Origin: the human T2T-CHM13v2.0 reference genome, Homo sapiens
Assembly (NCBI RefSeq): GCF_009914755.1
Contig: NC_060937.1
Strand: one strand, 5' to 3'
Length of the DNA stretch: 64,000 nt
The notes below the pieces were generated by a model. That model worked only from the letters and a program-made list of their open reading frames with translations. It was not told the origin of the DNA and made no database searches. Below are positions 50,241-64,000 of this stretch, piece after piece; within the stretch, counting starts at the first letter, position 1; every line of letters begins with the position of its first letter. A program made the translations under genes and the position numbers.

Positions 50241-50985
50241 CATGGGGGCGTGGGGCGGGGGCGGCGTTGTACAAGAATGTGTGTTGGAGATTTGACGTGA
50301 ATAGAAAAATTCGTAATTTTATCCACCCCCCCACCCCCCACAATGGGATATCGAGTTGACTACTGAGCAGAGAAATACTAATCACTCAATAAATGAGAGA
50401 TATTATCACTATTAATATACAAGAATTACTTTAAAGAGATTTAACAGAACACTTTCTGTGCGGTTAGAAACTGATGCAGGTCGAGATATTCCAGGGCCTG
50501 GGGCTCCTTTTCTGTTTGAGCCAGTTAAACTTTAGTATCTTCCATAACATTGATGGTCCTTAAAAAATGATGTAGGCAAGTGACCATGTTTGCCCTTTTA
50601 CAAATAAACATTAACAAAAATATGTATTCAAAGAAAGGGTCCAGTTTCTAAAAGAACTTCCTAAAGTATTCACCGTCACTGTTTTACCAGAACAAATAAG
50701 GAATAACATAAATACACTGATTTTGAATTAATAAAGATTAATTCAAACTGCATGGTAGATTAGTCAAAAAATTGTATGTTGAAAAAGGCAGATTTTTGTT
50801 TAAACAGTTGGAAAATATGTAAACAGGGCTTTCAAGTTGTATGCTTAGGGGAGAATAGCATAATTTACTTAGCGTTTTTTCTCGTAGGAAAAACTCCCAT
50901 TAGATTTTTGGTTGTCCCTCAACAAGAATAAGCTAAACTTCTTACACTGTTTAATTATTGTGTACTGAAGAGTTGTCTTTATGGA

Positions 50986-51004
50986 GGGCACCATCTGCTG
51001 GTTG
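50986..51004 (-). promoter_or_regulatory. CTCF core motif candidate (CAACCAGCAGATGGTGCCC)
   Basis: Close match to the CCASYAGRKGGCRC consensus in apparently unique sequence. Binding not shown. Confidence 0.7.
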
Positions 51005-51527
51005 CAAGAGGTAGCAGTTGTGGCGAAGACTGCCTTCTGTAGTTATATCAGACTCTTTACAAAATCTTATGTTTTCCTTTGAATTCCACCTCAAACCTGG
51101 AGTGAAATCCCAGAAGGAAAAACAGCTTTAAATTAACATGGCCCAGTATGGATTCTAGTAGTGGTTTGATTTGATTTCTGTGACTGTGAATTTTTAAGAA
51201 AAATCAACATGAAACTGGCAGATGCCGGTCTTTATTTGTTGATTTGGATGCCTAAATCAACTAAAAAATAGGATTGCTTATTGTTATGATTGCTCTTGCT
51301 CTTTAGTCAGTACTTTGTTTTCCTTTTCTATTCAGTGAAAATATCTTACATATTTTTTACTACAGTCTCTTGTTTAGTTACATCTATGAACATTTATTTA
51401 TGTCTGATAATATTAAAGAATGACCATTTCATTGATTTTTCTTGTACTCAGTGTGATTAAAAGATTCTCATATATTTAATTAATGATCATTTTATTTGAA
51501 CTTTAAAAAAAAACTTTAGTATTAGAA

Positions 51528-51833
<306 letters not shown>

Positions 51834-52059
51834 TAGTATTAGAATATTTTCTTATGCTTACTGTTCATGCTGAACATAAAAATGTAAATATAATAATATG
51901 CATATGATAATTTTTGAACTGAATTGTTTTCTGAAAATGCTTGTTTCAAATAACCCTTTGAAAGAAGGGAAATTCTAGGTTATAGTTTTACTATTAATTG
52001 GTGGTAAATTTAAAGTTTATATTTTTTAAATGGAGAAACTCATAAATCAGCACATTGTT

Positions 52060-52444
<385 letters not shown>

Positions 52445-54811
52445 TTATTTTTCATTTTTTGTTTGCTCTACCTTAATAGTGAATGGTTGAGATTCCCCAA
52501 AGATGAAAGGAACTATTATATGTCAAATCATTTATTTGACATTCTGTTTAAGGAGCAGCTCTGTATCAATACCTGTTTTTCATTGACTTAATGATACCCT
52601 CTTCTTCTGTGTTGCTCCTTTTCTGCTTCCTCTTTTTTCTTTTCACCTTTTTCTTATCTCGTAATTTGGTATTCATTCCCATCATTTTCTGGACACTTTT
52701 TTCTCAAATATCCTGTCAAGTTCAAGGGAGTATTTGCTGAGGTCATTTTGTATGTTTTCACTGAGGGTGATCATCACTATAAGTCACCCCTCCATTTTCA
52801 AACATTTTTGCCTAGGTTTTTGTAATATCACTATATATCGTCCCTTCATCTTCAAACATTTTTTCCGTAGATTTTTGTAACAATTACTCTCATTTTTCTA
52901 AAGCCATTTTCTTGACTTTCTTCTGTTTTCCTTCTTTATCTCCCCTGTGGGCTCCCACCACCCCAATCACTATAGGTATTTCATTAAGGTTTAGTGTTGG
53001 TATCTCAGCTCACCCTACTCATTTTCTTTACTCATCTTGTAAACCCATAAAGCATGAACAATAAATTGTTCTAAAAATATTTTCTCATTTTACACTTTTT
53101 TTCTAGAACTTTAGATGTATAATCTACAGTTGCCTTCTAGAGCAAACTTTATTTTTCCCAAGACTTAATCTCTCTCTCTGGGTTTTCCCCCATCTCCATT
53201 ACAACGAGGGCAGAGCTCTTTCTTGTACATTTGCTCATCATTGTATTCCTAGTACTTAGTGTATTGCACCAAGCAAATTCTCAATAAATATTTAAATAAA
53301 TGGCCTTCTAGGAACAAAGGTTTCGAATCTTATAATCATGTTCTGCTTCTCTGGTATAATCATTCGTAAGTCGTTGAATCAGTTTTCTTGTTTTGTAGTC
53401 ATTGCCTACAGTCAGTTCCTCATTACTTCTTTCTTGGAATTTTGCAGTAGTTTTCTAACTTGTTTTAATTTCTCCTGTGTCTAGCTCTACTTTTTGCTGT
53501 AACCATAATTTCTTCGAATAGTTCTGGTCGTTCATTCATTCATTATTTCCTGAGTGCCTACTACTGATAGTAGCTATTTGCGATAGATGCTAGCAGATAG
53601 ATGCTAGCATAAATGTTATATGCTACTTTTCTTAAGGAGCTTACAGTCTAGTGGGAGAGACAAAGATAGAAATAAGTACAATAGATACAATGTGATAAAT
53701 GCTAATTGTAGTAGGTTCAAAGTGTGACTAGCTGTAGGGGAGGAGCCTAGCTCTGCCTGGTTGAGGTCAGAAAAAGTTAAAATGAGACTTTAAGGTCTAT
53801 AGAGTTTGCTTAGTAGACAAGGGCCAGTATGTTTTACTCATAGGAAAAACAACCTGTGTATATTCACAGAGGTGTTTCAAACCTCTCCTTACAATGCTGT
53901 TCATAAGACTGAAGTGCAAATTGAGTAACCTCCCTCTTTGTTGTCTCTTTATTTTTTCCGTCTTAGCTCCCTTTACTTCCTTCCACCTTTTCCTTCAGTC
54001 ATACTTCTGGTCCAGTAACTGAAATTTGCTCTCTGAGATTTATTCAGAATGTTTTTTTCTGTCTTTTTATTCTGTGTATTATTACCACTTTACCCCTGTC
54101 CACTTACAAAAGTGGTTTTTCTTTCAGTCTTATTTTTTCCAAGCTTGTTGTTTATTTCTGTTAGGATAATTTCAGAATCAACTGTGATTCACTTATTTAG
54201 GGGAATGTCTGTTTCTCTTCATGGATTTTGAGACCCATTTTACGTGTTTTGCTCTGTAGTTTCTGCTGTTGTGTTCTGCATATGAGGTGCTTGATAAATT
54301 TTTGGTTACATGGATGAGTATATTTTACAAGGTCACTCTGTCTACATTGTATAGCTGTGGTCTGTGGCCATATTCATGTATTTGTTTTTATGAATCATGA
54401 ACAGCTTTTGTCTCTGAAATAAGGCAGAGAGACTTTCTTCCACTCCAGACTCAGTGGAAGAGAAGCTTATCACATTTATCAATCCATTTATCAATCTTTC
54501 CCTGGAGTGCTTTGTCCTAGGCATTGGCTGAGTATCTTCTTTGGTTGAAGGAATGTAACTATGAACTTGGTTCTTGCTAGTGTTTTTCCTAACCTGAAGT
54601 CATGCAGCTATTCTCTTTTATCATATTCTAAAAGCTTTTAACACTTTGCCTTTATATTTAAGTTGTTACTGTACCTCGAATTCATTTTGTATATGGTGTG
54701 AAATATAGGTACAGTGTCCTTTTTAAAAAACTTAGATATGAAAGTGTCTTCAGAACTTTTTATTGTATTCTCTCTGCTCTTTCCTGTTATCGCTACCACT
54801 TTTTTTCATAT

Positions 54812-55157
54812 ACAGTTGCGTACCACACAACTTTTCTGTCAGTGACGGACTGCATATATGATGGTGGTTCCATAAGCTTATAATACTGTATTTGTACTGT
54901 ATCTTTTCTATGTTTAGATACATTTAGATACACAGATACTTACCATTGTGTTACGGTTGTGTACAGTATTCAGTACAGTAACATACTGTACAGGTTTGTA
55001 GCCTAGAAGCAATAGGCTATACCATATAGCCTAGGTATGTAGTAGTCTGTTCCATTTAGGTTTGTGTAAGTACACTGTATGATGTTTGCACAACAATAAA
55101 ATTCCCCAACAACGTATTTATTAGAATGTATCCCATCATTAAGTGATGTATGACTAT
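54812..55157 (-). mobile_element. Tigger3a
   Basis: About 345 bp; 'cagtacagtaacatactgtacaggtttgtagcctagaagcaataggctataccatatagcctaggt'. Confidence 0.8.
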
Positions 55158-55484
55158 GCACAGGAGGAACACAGATTTTTGGATGTTAATCTTGTATCCT
55201 GGAACGTCGATGAACTAGTAGTTTATTTTTTGTAGATTCCTTTGGCATCTTCTGTGTAGATAATCATGTTGTCTGGATGTAGGGACAGTTTCTTTTCCAA
55301 TATGTATGCTTTTTATTTTCTGTTTCTTTGTGTGCTGCCTAGGGCTTCTAGCATTATATTGAATAAAAGTGCTGGGAGTAGACATCATTTCTTTGTTTCT
55401 GATCTTAAAGGGGAAGCATTTAGTCTTTTACCATTAAGTATTTGTGTTACCTGTTGTTACCTGTTGGTGACTTATGCTTGTTAT

Positions 55485-55667
55485 GGATGTCCCTGACTTA
55501 TGGTGGTTCAACTTAGGACAATTTTTTGACTTTATGATGGTGTGAAGGCAATACACATTTGGTATGTTTCTTGACATATGATAGAAATGCACTTTTGGCT
55601 TAACTATATTTTAAATTTACAATGGGTTTATTGGGACGTAACCTTATTGTAAGTTGAGGAACATCTC
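55485..55667. mobile_element. Tigger5/MER47-like remnant
   Basis: Inverted termini 'ggatgtccctgacttatg' and 'tgtaagttgaggaacatct'. Confidence 0.6.
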
Positions 55668-56289
55668 TATATTGATGTTTTTTACTTTTCATCCTTGCTA
55701 AACTCAGTCTTAATAATTCACATGTTTTATCTGTAAATCCTTTTGAAGTTTTTATGTATGTAAACATATCATCTGTGAATAACGACTGGTTCATTTTAAA
55801 TCCTTATACCCTTTATTTCTTTTTCTTTCCCTCCTTTGTTGATTAGCATCTTTATTGCAGTGTCAAATTAAAAAAAAAGTGATGATAGTAGGTATGTTCC
55901 TGTAGTTCCTGAACACAAAGCTTTTAATGGATTGTCAGTAAACATTATTTATGCTGTAGGGTGTTTATAGCATCCTACTTATCTCAGATAAAGGAAACTT
56001 TCACCCAATTCTTAGTTTACTAAACTTGTTTCTTGTTTCGTTTTTGTTTTACAGTCATGAGTTGTTGAATTTACCAAATTTTTCTTAATTTATTGAGATT
56101 TGAAAAAATCTGTTTAGTATATAATTTAAATATGATTTTCTTTTTAAGCCTGTTGATGTGATGAATTTAACCTTGCCTTCCCAGGATAAACACTTATGAA
56201 TATATTGCTGCATTTGGTTTCCTAATATTTTGTTTAGGAGTTTTGCATTTATGATTAAGATTTGTCTGTGATTTATTTTCTCTGATTGT

Positions 56290-56569
56290 TCTTTTCTTTT
56301 TTCTTTTCCTTTTTCAGATACAGACTCTCACTGTGTTGCCTAGGCTGGAGTGCAGTGGCACAATCATAGCTCACTGCATCCTTGAACTCCTGGCCTCAAG
56401 TGATCTTGTCACCTCAACTTGGCTAATTTTTTATTCATTTTAATTTTTTTGTAGGGGCAAGATCTCGCTTTGTTGCCCTGGCTGGTCTTGAACTCCTGGC
56501 TTTAAGCAGTCTTACTGCCTCAGCCTTCCAAAGTGCTGGGATCACAGACAGGAGCCATTGTGCCTGGCC
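56290..56569 (-). mobile_element. AluJ with an internal deletion
   Basis: J diagnostics. Confidence 0.87.
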
Positions 56570-57259
56570 TCTGATAGTTCTCATTGGGTTTTGTTGTCAG
56601 AGTTATGCTAATTAGTTGCTTAAAACTAGTTGGGAAGGATTCCCTTGTTTTTCATTTCTTGGAACTATTTGTATGACATGGGAAATATTTCTTCCTTTAT
56701 TTGACAGGACTCACTAGTAAAGCCATCTAGACTTGGATATTTTTCCTTGTGGAAAGATCTGTTAATGATTGATTTTGTTTCTTAATCATTTTTTTCTTTC
56801 TTGAGTTAGTTTTGGTAATAAGATGTAGTTTCTCAGCTTTATCTACATTTTCAAATGTTATATTATCAAATTTATAAGATTGACCTGTGATTTTTGACTT
56901 TGTTGATCCTACGCTTGTTTTCTTTTGATTCATTGATTATTAAGAAGTGCTTTAAAAAATTTAAATGTCTGGAGCTTTTCTTGTTATCTGTTTTGTTAAG
57001 CTTTTTGTTGAAGTATAACATACATTCAGGAAAGTGCAAAACTTATGTCTTTAGCTCTATATGACTTCACACAAAGTGAAAATACTTGTGTAACTAGCAT
57101 CTTAGAAGTATCTTTTCACCCCTTTTTCCGTTAACATTTGTCTCCCAAAACATCACTGTCCTGACTTTTACTGTCATAGATTAGGTTTCTCTGTTTTCGA
57201 GCTTATAAATGTAATCATACTCTTATGTAGTGTTTTGTGTCTGGCTTCTTTCACTTTGA

Positions 57260-57600
57260 TGTGTGTGTGTGGGTGTGTGGGTGTGTGGTGTGTGGTGTGT
57301 GGTGTGTGGTGTGTGTTGAGACAAGGTCCACTCTGTCATTCAGGCTTGAGTGCAGTGGTGTGATCATGGCTTGCTGTGGCTTTGACTTCCTGGGCTTAAG
57401 CAGGACTTCCACCTCAGCTTCCCGGGTAGCTGGGACCACAGGTGCACACCACTATGCTTGGCTAATTTATTTTTATTTTTTGTAGAGATGAGGTCTCACT
57501 GTATTGCCCAGGCTGGTCTTGAACTCCTGGGCTCAAGTGATCCACCTGCCTTAGCCTTCCCAGATGCTGGGATTACAGATGTGAACCATCATGCCCATCC
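57260..57600 (-). mobile_element. AluJ whose tail is a (TG)n/(GTGTG)n microsatellite (57260-57316)
   Basis: The microsatellite abuts 'tgagacaagg'. Confidence 0.88.
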
Positions 57601-58565
57601 AGATGTTTGTAATGTTAATCCATATTATTGTGTGAGGCAATGATTTATTCTCTCATGGCTGTGTTTTTTTTTTTTTTGCCCCCATTGTATGACTATACTA
57701 CAAATTGCTATTCATTCTAGTGTTGATGGTCATTTGTGTTTTCTGTTTTGGCAACTGAATGGTATTGCTGTGAACATTTTTTTATATGTCTTACGGTGGA
57801 CAAACTATACGTTTCTATTGAGTAAATACCACAGAGTGAATCTGGGGCCTATTTATCTTTTTTTTTTTTAGCTTGATATTTAGCTTAACTGGTTTTAGTG
57901 TTTGCATGACATAATTTTCCATCCTTTTACTTTCAGCATGTATCCACTTTTTTCATTGTCTTTTAAGGTGTTTATGTTGAAATTTAAAAATCTTTTCTTT
58001 TAACCTGATTGTGTATATTACATACACATATAGTACTTAGTATGTGCTAAGCAATGTTGTAGGTACTTTATATATAAATACTTACACCTCTTAGTTTTCA
58101 TTTGGCTAATTTGCCCTTATTTTACTCTGCACTTAAAAATTATACTCCTTGGTTGTAAACTTCTAGATTTGCAGTTATATTCTTTCTCTGCTTTGAAGAT
58201 AACATTTTGCTGTCTTCTGGCTTATGTTGTTGCTGTTGAGAAGTCACCTGTTAGTTTAAATGCTATTCCTTTCAAGGTACTGTGTGTGCTCTAAATTTTG
58301 TTTGTTTTCTGGAATTATTATTATTTTAAATTTAACCCTGTTTGGCTTATTGAATTTGTAGGTTGGTATTTTATGATATTCTCTGTAGGTATTTGGCCTC
58401 TGCTTCAATCTAGTCCTTCTGGTACTCTCATGAATCCCATGAGTGAATCTCTCATTCTTCTCTCTCTATAACTTCCATGAATTGTAGGCTACATTTAGGC
58501 CTTTCTATCCTTATGTATTTCAGGTGTATGTTTCACTGTGTTGCACTCCGGATAATTTCTTATGA

Positions 58566-58895
<330 letters not shown>

Positions 58896-60057
58896 TGACC
58901 TGTTGAATTTTCAATTTCAGTAATTGTATTTTTTCATTTTTAGAAGTTCTATTTAAAAAAAATCTTCTAGTTTAGTCTTTATAATTTTTTTTGTTGCCTG
59001 TAGATATTTTTGGAATTGTCTTTTATTTCTTTAAGATTATAGTAGTTTTACAGTCTTTGATAGACACAAAAATTGTGTCTGTTTTTGTTGTGTGGTATTT
59101 CTGCTGGTTCTCCCTCATAGTTGCTTGGTTATTTTTGACTTGATACTTGCTCATTGTTCTAGAAACATCATAGTGGGGATTCTTTGATACTTAGGATGAA
59201 GGCACCCTTCTCTAGGCAGGACTTGGATTTACTTATGTTAGGTGCTTGGGGCTGTTATTAACCAGGGGTCTGTGAGTTCATGTTTTGAGATTCTCTGGGC
59301 CACTTAGGTCATGTCAGCCCCAGCAAGTGTGCAGGCCCATGGCCAAAACTAATTACCTGTTCCTTCCCTGTATTCATGTTGCCTTTCTCTGTTTAGCACC
59401 AAGGCAGCCTTCTCAGCGGTTCCCTCTAGGGGGTGGGGCTGGGGAAAAGAGGTGTTCATTTCTAGTTTACCCTCTCCTTTGCAGGTATATCTTCTTTGGG
59501 TAGGGTGGTGGCCTACATTAATGTCAGGAGAGTTTCCTATTTGACTGTCTGCCTTGATATGTTCAGATTTACTTCTGTTCCCCTTGCCCTATAAGACCAT
59601 CAAAACTGAATCCCACATTTGTCAGAAATGAAAAATGCTTTCAGAGTATAAGTAGCTATAATGTCCCAGTGTTCCCACTTACTTCCCTGGATTCCTATTT
59701 TCTCTTAGGTTTTAGTTTGAGTACTTTGTGGTGCTTTTAAAAAGTATTTATTTTTTATTTTTGTCTAGCTTACTATTATTATTATTATTTTTAGTTGGAG
59801 GGTTAGGACAAATAACAAAGCTTGCCACTGAGGAAATGAAAGTAAAAATAAGTTTTGTTTTTCTAAAAATAATTTGGGGAAATGTTCAATAGAGTGATTT
59901 TCATTAAATGGTAAAGTAAATTACTATAAATTAGGAGGTAGTTACAAATTTTGGTTGGTGGGGAAGGTTACCATTTATATTTGTTAAGAATGTTTATATC
60001 TATTTTTTGGTTTGCATCTAATAGTTTTCTTGTTTCAGGGGTAGAAATATTTCTGTC

Positions 60058-60165
60058 ATGGCTCATTCAAAGACTAGGACCAATGATGGAAAAATTACAT
60101 ATCCGCCTGGGGTCAAGGAAATATCAGATAAAATATCTAAAGAGGAGATGGTGAGACGATTAAAG
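60058..60165 (+). CDS. PDS5B: PDS5B first coding exon (exon 60039-60165 with 19 nt of 5'UTR; codons 1-36 [36 protein letters not shown])
   Basis: Acceptor ttttcttgtttcAG (60037-38), ATG at 60058 in context gtcATGG, 108 nt of coding sequence, phase-0 donor AAG|GTGAGT at 60166. The peptide is recognised as the PDS5B N-terminus and joins in frame to the exon at 63089. Confidence 0.97.
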
Positions 60166-63088
60166 GTGAGTAAAATTCTATTCTTTTTTACATCTGTGTA
60201 GGGCAGAGGTCCCCTGTGGAAATCACATGGGGCTATAATGTATCTTGTTGGGGTAACTTAAAAAAGCAAAGCAAAGCAGCAAATGGCATAGAAAAGATCT
60301 AAGGGAGTAGAGTATATAAGGTACAGTGGGGATTATTTGGCTATGATTAAAGGGACAGCAATTAGGTGAAGCTTAGATTTTCTAGGATCTCCTATACTTG
60401 GGTATAAAGAACAAGTCTACAATACTCATATTCCTTATTGTCTATACAAAGTTGTCTCCTTTCTTCTATATAGTTTCTAAAGACAACCACTTTAAGGGAG
60501 TTTTAGGTCTTTATACTGAGTAATTAGGCTGTGTACTACTTTCTTGTAAGTTATTTTCAAAGTAGGTCAAAGGGCTTCACTTTAAGCTTCTCCCTCTGCT
60601 TCTGACATGTAGTAATGAATCAAGATTGCTGGTGAACTTCTATGGATGAGGCTAGGGCCTCTTCATATGTGTTTGAATAATATTTTCACCTTTTCCTTTA
60701 GGGTGGTGGTGATCTCTGTAATTGTTAAAATGGATAAAGAAGCATAGTGTTCAAGGAGAATGTTAAGCTGGTCTATTAGTTAGTTTAGATGGTCTTTATT
60801 TTTGAGCATTTCCGATCGAGGTTGTATCTACCTAGATATTTATGTTGCTTGATATATTATTATTTTTCTGGATGTCAGGGCTGAAAAATGTTCCCAAATT
60901 AATCATTGAAGATCCAGGGGCTTAAAAACAAATACTCTTCTTTATTGCTACATGGTGTATAGAATTTTTATAAAGAGAAAAAGATGCTAATACTATCATA
61001 AATTTCACATAAAGTCTTAATATTGTACATGTATGTGTTTATACTTAAAGTATCAGAATGTCAGATATCAGATGTTTATTCAAAGGAAAATCATCTTTGA
61101 GCAGATTAAATTTACTAATAGGTGGATATTTTATCTAGTTGGGAACTGGTGTGTATTTTATTAAGAATAGTCAAGCTATGAATCCCTTCTATATATGACA
61201 TGTTTCATTTTCTATGTATTTACCTTCTCTTGACCTATTGCATTTTTAGAGAAACTAATACATTTATTACCTTATATTTGTTTATACTAAGTGAGCATTC
61301 CTGTTGTTTGTTGAGAAACTAATCTTGAACTCAGAGCCTACACTTAAAACTGATCAGCATTAGTGTCTTTTAGAGATGTTATTTTCTCAGATTTCTTTCC
61401 TAATTTGGAGGACTCATGAGTTATTAATGAGTTTTATAACAGCATTTGAGTTGTAGACAGTAGTGAGGAATTCCCATTTTCTGGACCTTGAACAAACTTT
61501 GTGGTTATTGTTGGTGGAATGATTGCCTCAGTACTCATATTTAATGTTTGTAATATGCTTTCATTATTTTGTAGACATTTATGTCTAGCAGTAATCCAGT
61601 TATACTTTTTTCTCATTTATTTTCCTAATTTATAGTTCCATTTTTAGCATCCTCCTTCTTAGAAAAATATGAAAAAATTATGTAGGATGATATGTACAAA
61701 TACCCATGTAAGTTTTATACATTATAACAATTTGTTAACGTGTAAGGTGATACTGTTTATAAAATTTTTTTTCCTGTAACATTTTATTCAAAATATGCTT
61801 AATCTCTTATCTTTTGTTAAGAGAGCTACAGAAATAAATAGTTACATGCATGCAGTTCTTTTTTACCCTTTGTGGTTTTTCCTAAACATATAGGCAATCA
61901 AAGCATAAATCTTAAAAGTAATAAAATAAAAAAGCTAAAAGACCCAGACATCATACCCTTAATCTAAATGTAGTGCCAGGTTGCAAGGATTAGTCTACTG
62001 TTGGTTCTGGTATCTGGCATAATAGAACTGAGAGGCTGCTCTGTGAGGAGCAGTGTTTTCCACAGCTGCTCTGAGAATTCAGTAGAAATCGAGCCATTTG
62101 TTACTCAGAAGTCTAGCTGGATGGCAAGTGGAAATCGTTGCAGCATAAAGGACCAAGACATTTAACATTGATACTTTGTGGCCAGCCCCACTTGTTGCCT
62201 AGTATTTGCAGCACCACCTAGTGGATGCTGGATGGTCACCTTTCCATTGGAGTTGTATTTAAATGTCAGTTCCTGTCAAGTTAGGCAATTTTGTTTCATT
62301 TAAAGTAGGAATAGTGCAGACTGAGATCATCATTGTAATTACTAATATTGAAATCAGAGAAAGCTCTTCTGAGAATTCATGGTATACCATTCTATTTTCT
62401 ATTCACCTTTTATAGAAATATTTTTGAAAAAAGAACCATTTCTTTTAGCTTCCTTTGTCTTAACTCACATGTGCAACTGAATTAATGAATTATCCACATC
62501 ATATTCTCTTTTACTGCCACACAAGAAATATTTTGTTGGATGCCGTGGTAGATACTTCATAGTAGCTTTTCAGTGTTGAGGGATGCATCTTTGACATCCT
62601 TTCTTAAATAAAACCATGTGACTGGAGTGGTTTAATGACTTAAATGGAAAATTAAATTGTCATCTTAGGGTTTTCTTTAGGCATATACTTTTTCTTCTCA
62701 TGAAAGGATTAGAAATATTATTTTTAAAAAAGATGGTATTCTTAAGGACATACTCCTTTTAGTCCAGTTGTACAAGTGAGACCAGAAGTTTCCACAAATA
62801 TTCTATTGGAATTCTTCCAATAATGACTACTACATAAGGGCAATTTAATCTTTAAAAATCTGGTTAGCAGATATTTTGGGTAAATGAAAAAATATTTTAG
62901 TAAGTCTTTTAAATAGAAGTTTACTTTGTAGTTTTAGGAGAATTGTGTTCTCTCAAATAGAGACTTTCTGCAGAAAAATGAAAGTATATTCATTTGAAGT
63001 TAACCTTAGCAATTAACATGACCTTTATTTCACATGACTGTAGTTTTACATGGAGCATTTCATTATTTGATTTTTTATTTTTGTATAG
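60166..63088 (+). other. PDS5B: PDS5B GT-AG intron between the two coding exons (2923 nt)
   Basis: GTGAGT at 60166, TAG at 63086-63088; splicing keeps the reading frame. Confidence 0.95.
62209..62227 (-). promoter_or_regulatory. CTCF core motif candidate (CATCCACTAGGTGGTGCTG)
   Basis: Close match to the CTCF consensus in the intron between the coding exons. Binding not shown. Confidence 0.68.
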
Positions 63089-63292
63089 ATGGTTGTGAAA
63101 ACTTTTATGGATATGGACCAGGACTCTGAAGAAGAAAAGGAGCTTTATTTAAACCTAGCTTTACATCTTGCTTCAGATTTTTTTCTCAAGCATCCTGATA
63201 AAGATGTTCGCTTACTGGTAGCCTGCTGCCTTGCTGATATTTTCAGGATTTATGCTCCTGAAGCTCCTTACACATCCCCTGATAAACTAAAG
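63089..63292 (+). CDS. PDS5B: PDS5B second coding exon (codons 37-104, [68 protein letters not shown])
   Basis: Acceptor ttttttatttttgtatAG (63087-88), 204 nt in phase 0. Contains the conserved Pds5 motif [22 protein letters not shown]. Ends at AAG|GCAAGT (GC donor). Confidence 0.96.
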
Positions 63293-63740
63293 GCAAGTAC
63301 TGATTTAAATAACTCCAAGATTGACCGATACTTTGATTTATCTTTCTAACTAAAATGGGAGTTAAGGTATTTAGATGATTTCCTTGGATTCTTTGACATT
63401 AGCTACAGTAATCTTTTGCTAAACTTAATGTTTTTTTTTTTTTTTAGAACTTATTTTTGAAAAACTTTCTGGTCTTGAGGTTAAGAAGTAGATTAATACA
63501 GTGTGTATTTTTTTTATATCATGTCATCATTAGCTCTGTTTCTTTCATTATAATTTTGGGGGCAATTCCTTTTCACTTTTGAAAATCCATATTGAAGACC
63601 ATGGCCATTATTTAAAACATAATACCTAGTATAAACATGAGTTTATAATATATAATCCTCATTTATTTAATGGAAGGTGTGATATAAATTGTTATATTTG
63701 TGTTATAAATTGTGTTATACATTGTTATGAAGAAAATACA

Positions 63741-64000
63741 GGCCAGGCGCAGTGGCTCAGGCCTGTAATCCCAGCACTGTGGGAGGCCGAGGCAGGATGA
63801 TTACTTGAGTTCATGAGTTTGAGGACAGCTTGGGCAACATAGCAAGGCGTTGTCTCTACTTTAAAAAAAAAAAAAAAAGGAAATTAGCCTTGTGTGGTAC
63901 TGTGCACCTGTAATCCCATAACTACTTGGGAAGCTGAGGTGGGAGGAGTGCTTGAACCCCCGGGGGGCGGAGGTTGCAGTGAGCCAAAATGGCACCACTG
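63741..64000 (+). mobile_element. AluJ, cut by the window end
   Basis: ggccaggcgcagtggctca start; J diagnostics. Confidence 0.9.

Noticed and set aside
53582-53609. 14-bp tandem duplication gatagatgctagca x2
   Set aside because: Ordinary slippage duplication in an L2 remnant.
59951-60154. 67-aa ORF over the ATG exon
   Set aside because: Alternative frame starting at a non-ATG codon in the intron; relevant only as a hypothetical spliced uORF.
63089-63349. 86-aa ORF as a stand-alone gene
   Set aside because: It is the internal PDS5B exon plus intron read-through; its ATG is codon 37 directly after the acceptor.

Overview
Primate (very probably human) genomic DNA from the 5' part of PDS5B, a cohesin-regulating HEAT-repeat protein, on the + strand. 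About 60 kb is one long intron; its promoter and non-coding first exon are not in the window and presumably lie just upstream. The ATG-bearing exon (60039-60165, [36 protein letters not shown]) and the next coding exon (63089-63292) follow; the latter ends in a non-canonical GC donor. The intron is mostly retro- and DNA-transposon sequence: about 37 Alus (roughly 26 antisense, 11 sense), a dead full-length antisense L1PA4/5-type element with a 15-bp TSD, an LTR8-family solo LTR, MaLR LTRs, Tigger/MER elements and old L1M/L2/MIR remnants. Nearly all ORFs in the supplied track are Alu/L1 or chance ORFs. I see no new multi-gene system. The best leads are: (1) a 'gene-breaking' L1 whose antisense promoter points at the complete PDS5B CDS; (2) a GC donor with a clean read-through ORF giving a 122-aa N-terminal isoform; (3) two co-oriented CTCF motifs bracketing the start exon; (4) a 24-nt orphan TPRT micro-insertion with a perfect 17-bp TSD; (5) a tail-less Alu that keeps its TSD; (6) recursive-splice-like AG|GT sites; (7) two perfect 15-bp hairpins. 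All calls were read by eye; repeat boundaries are approximate and subfamily calls come from recalled diagnostic positions.
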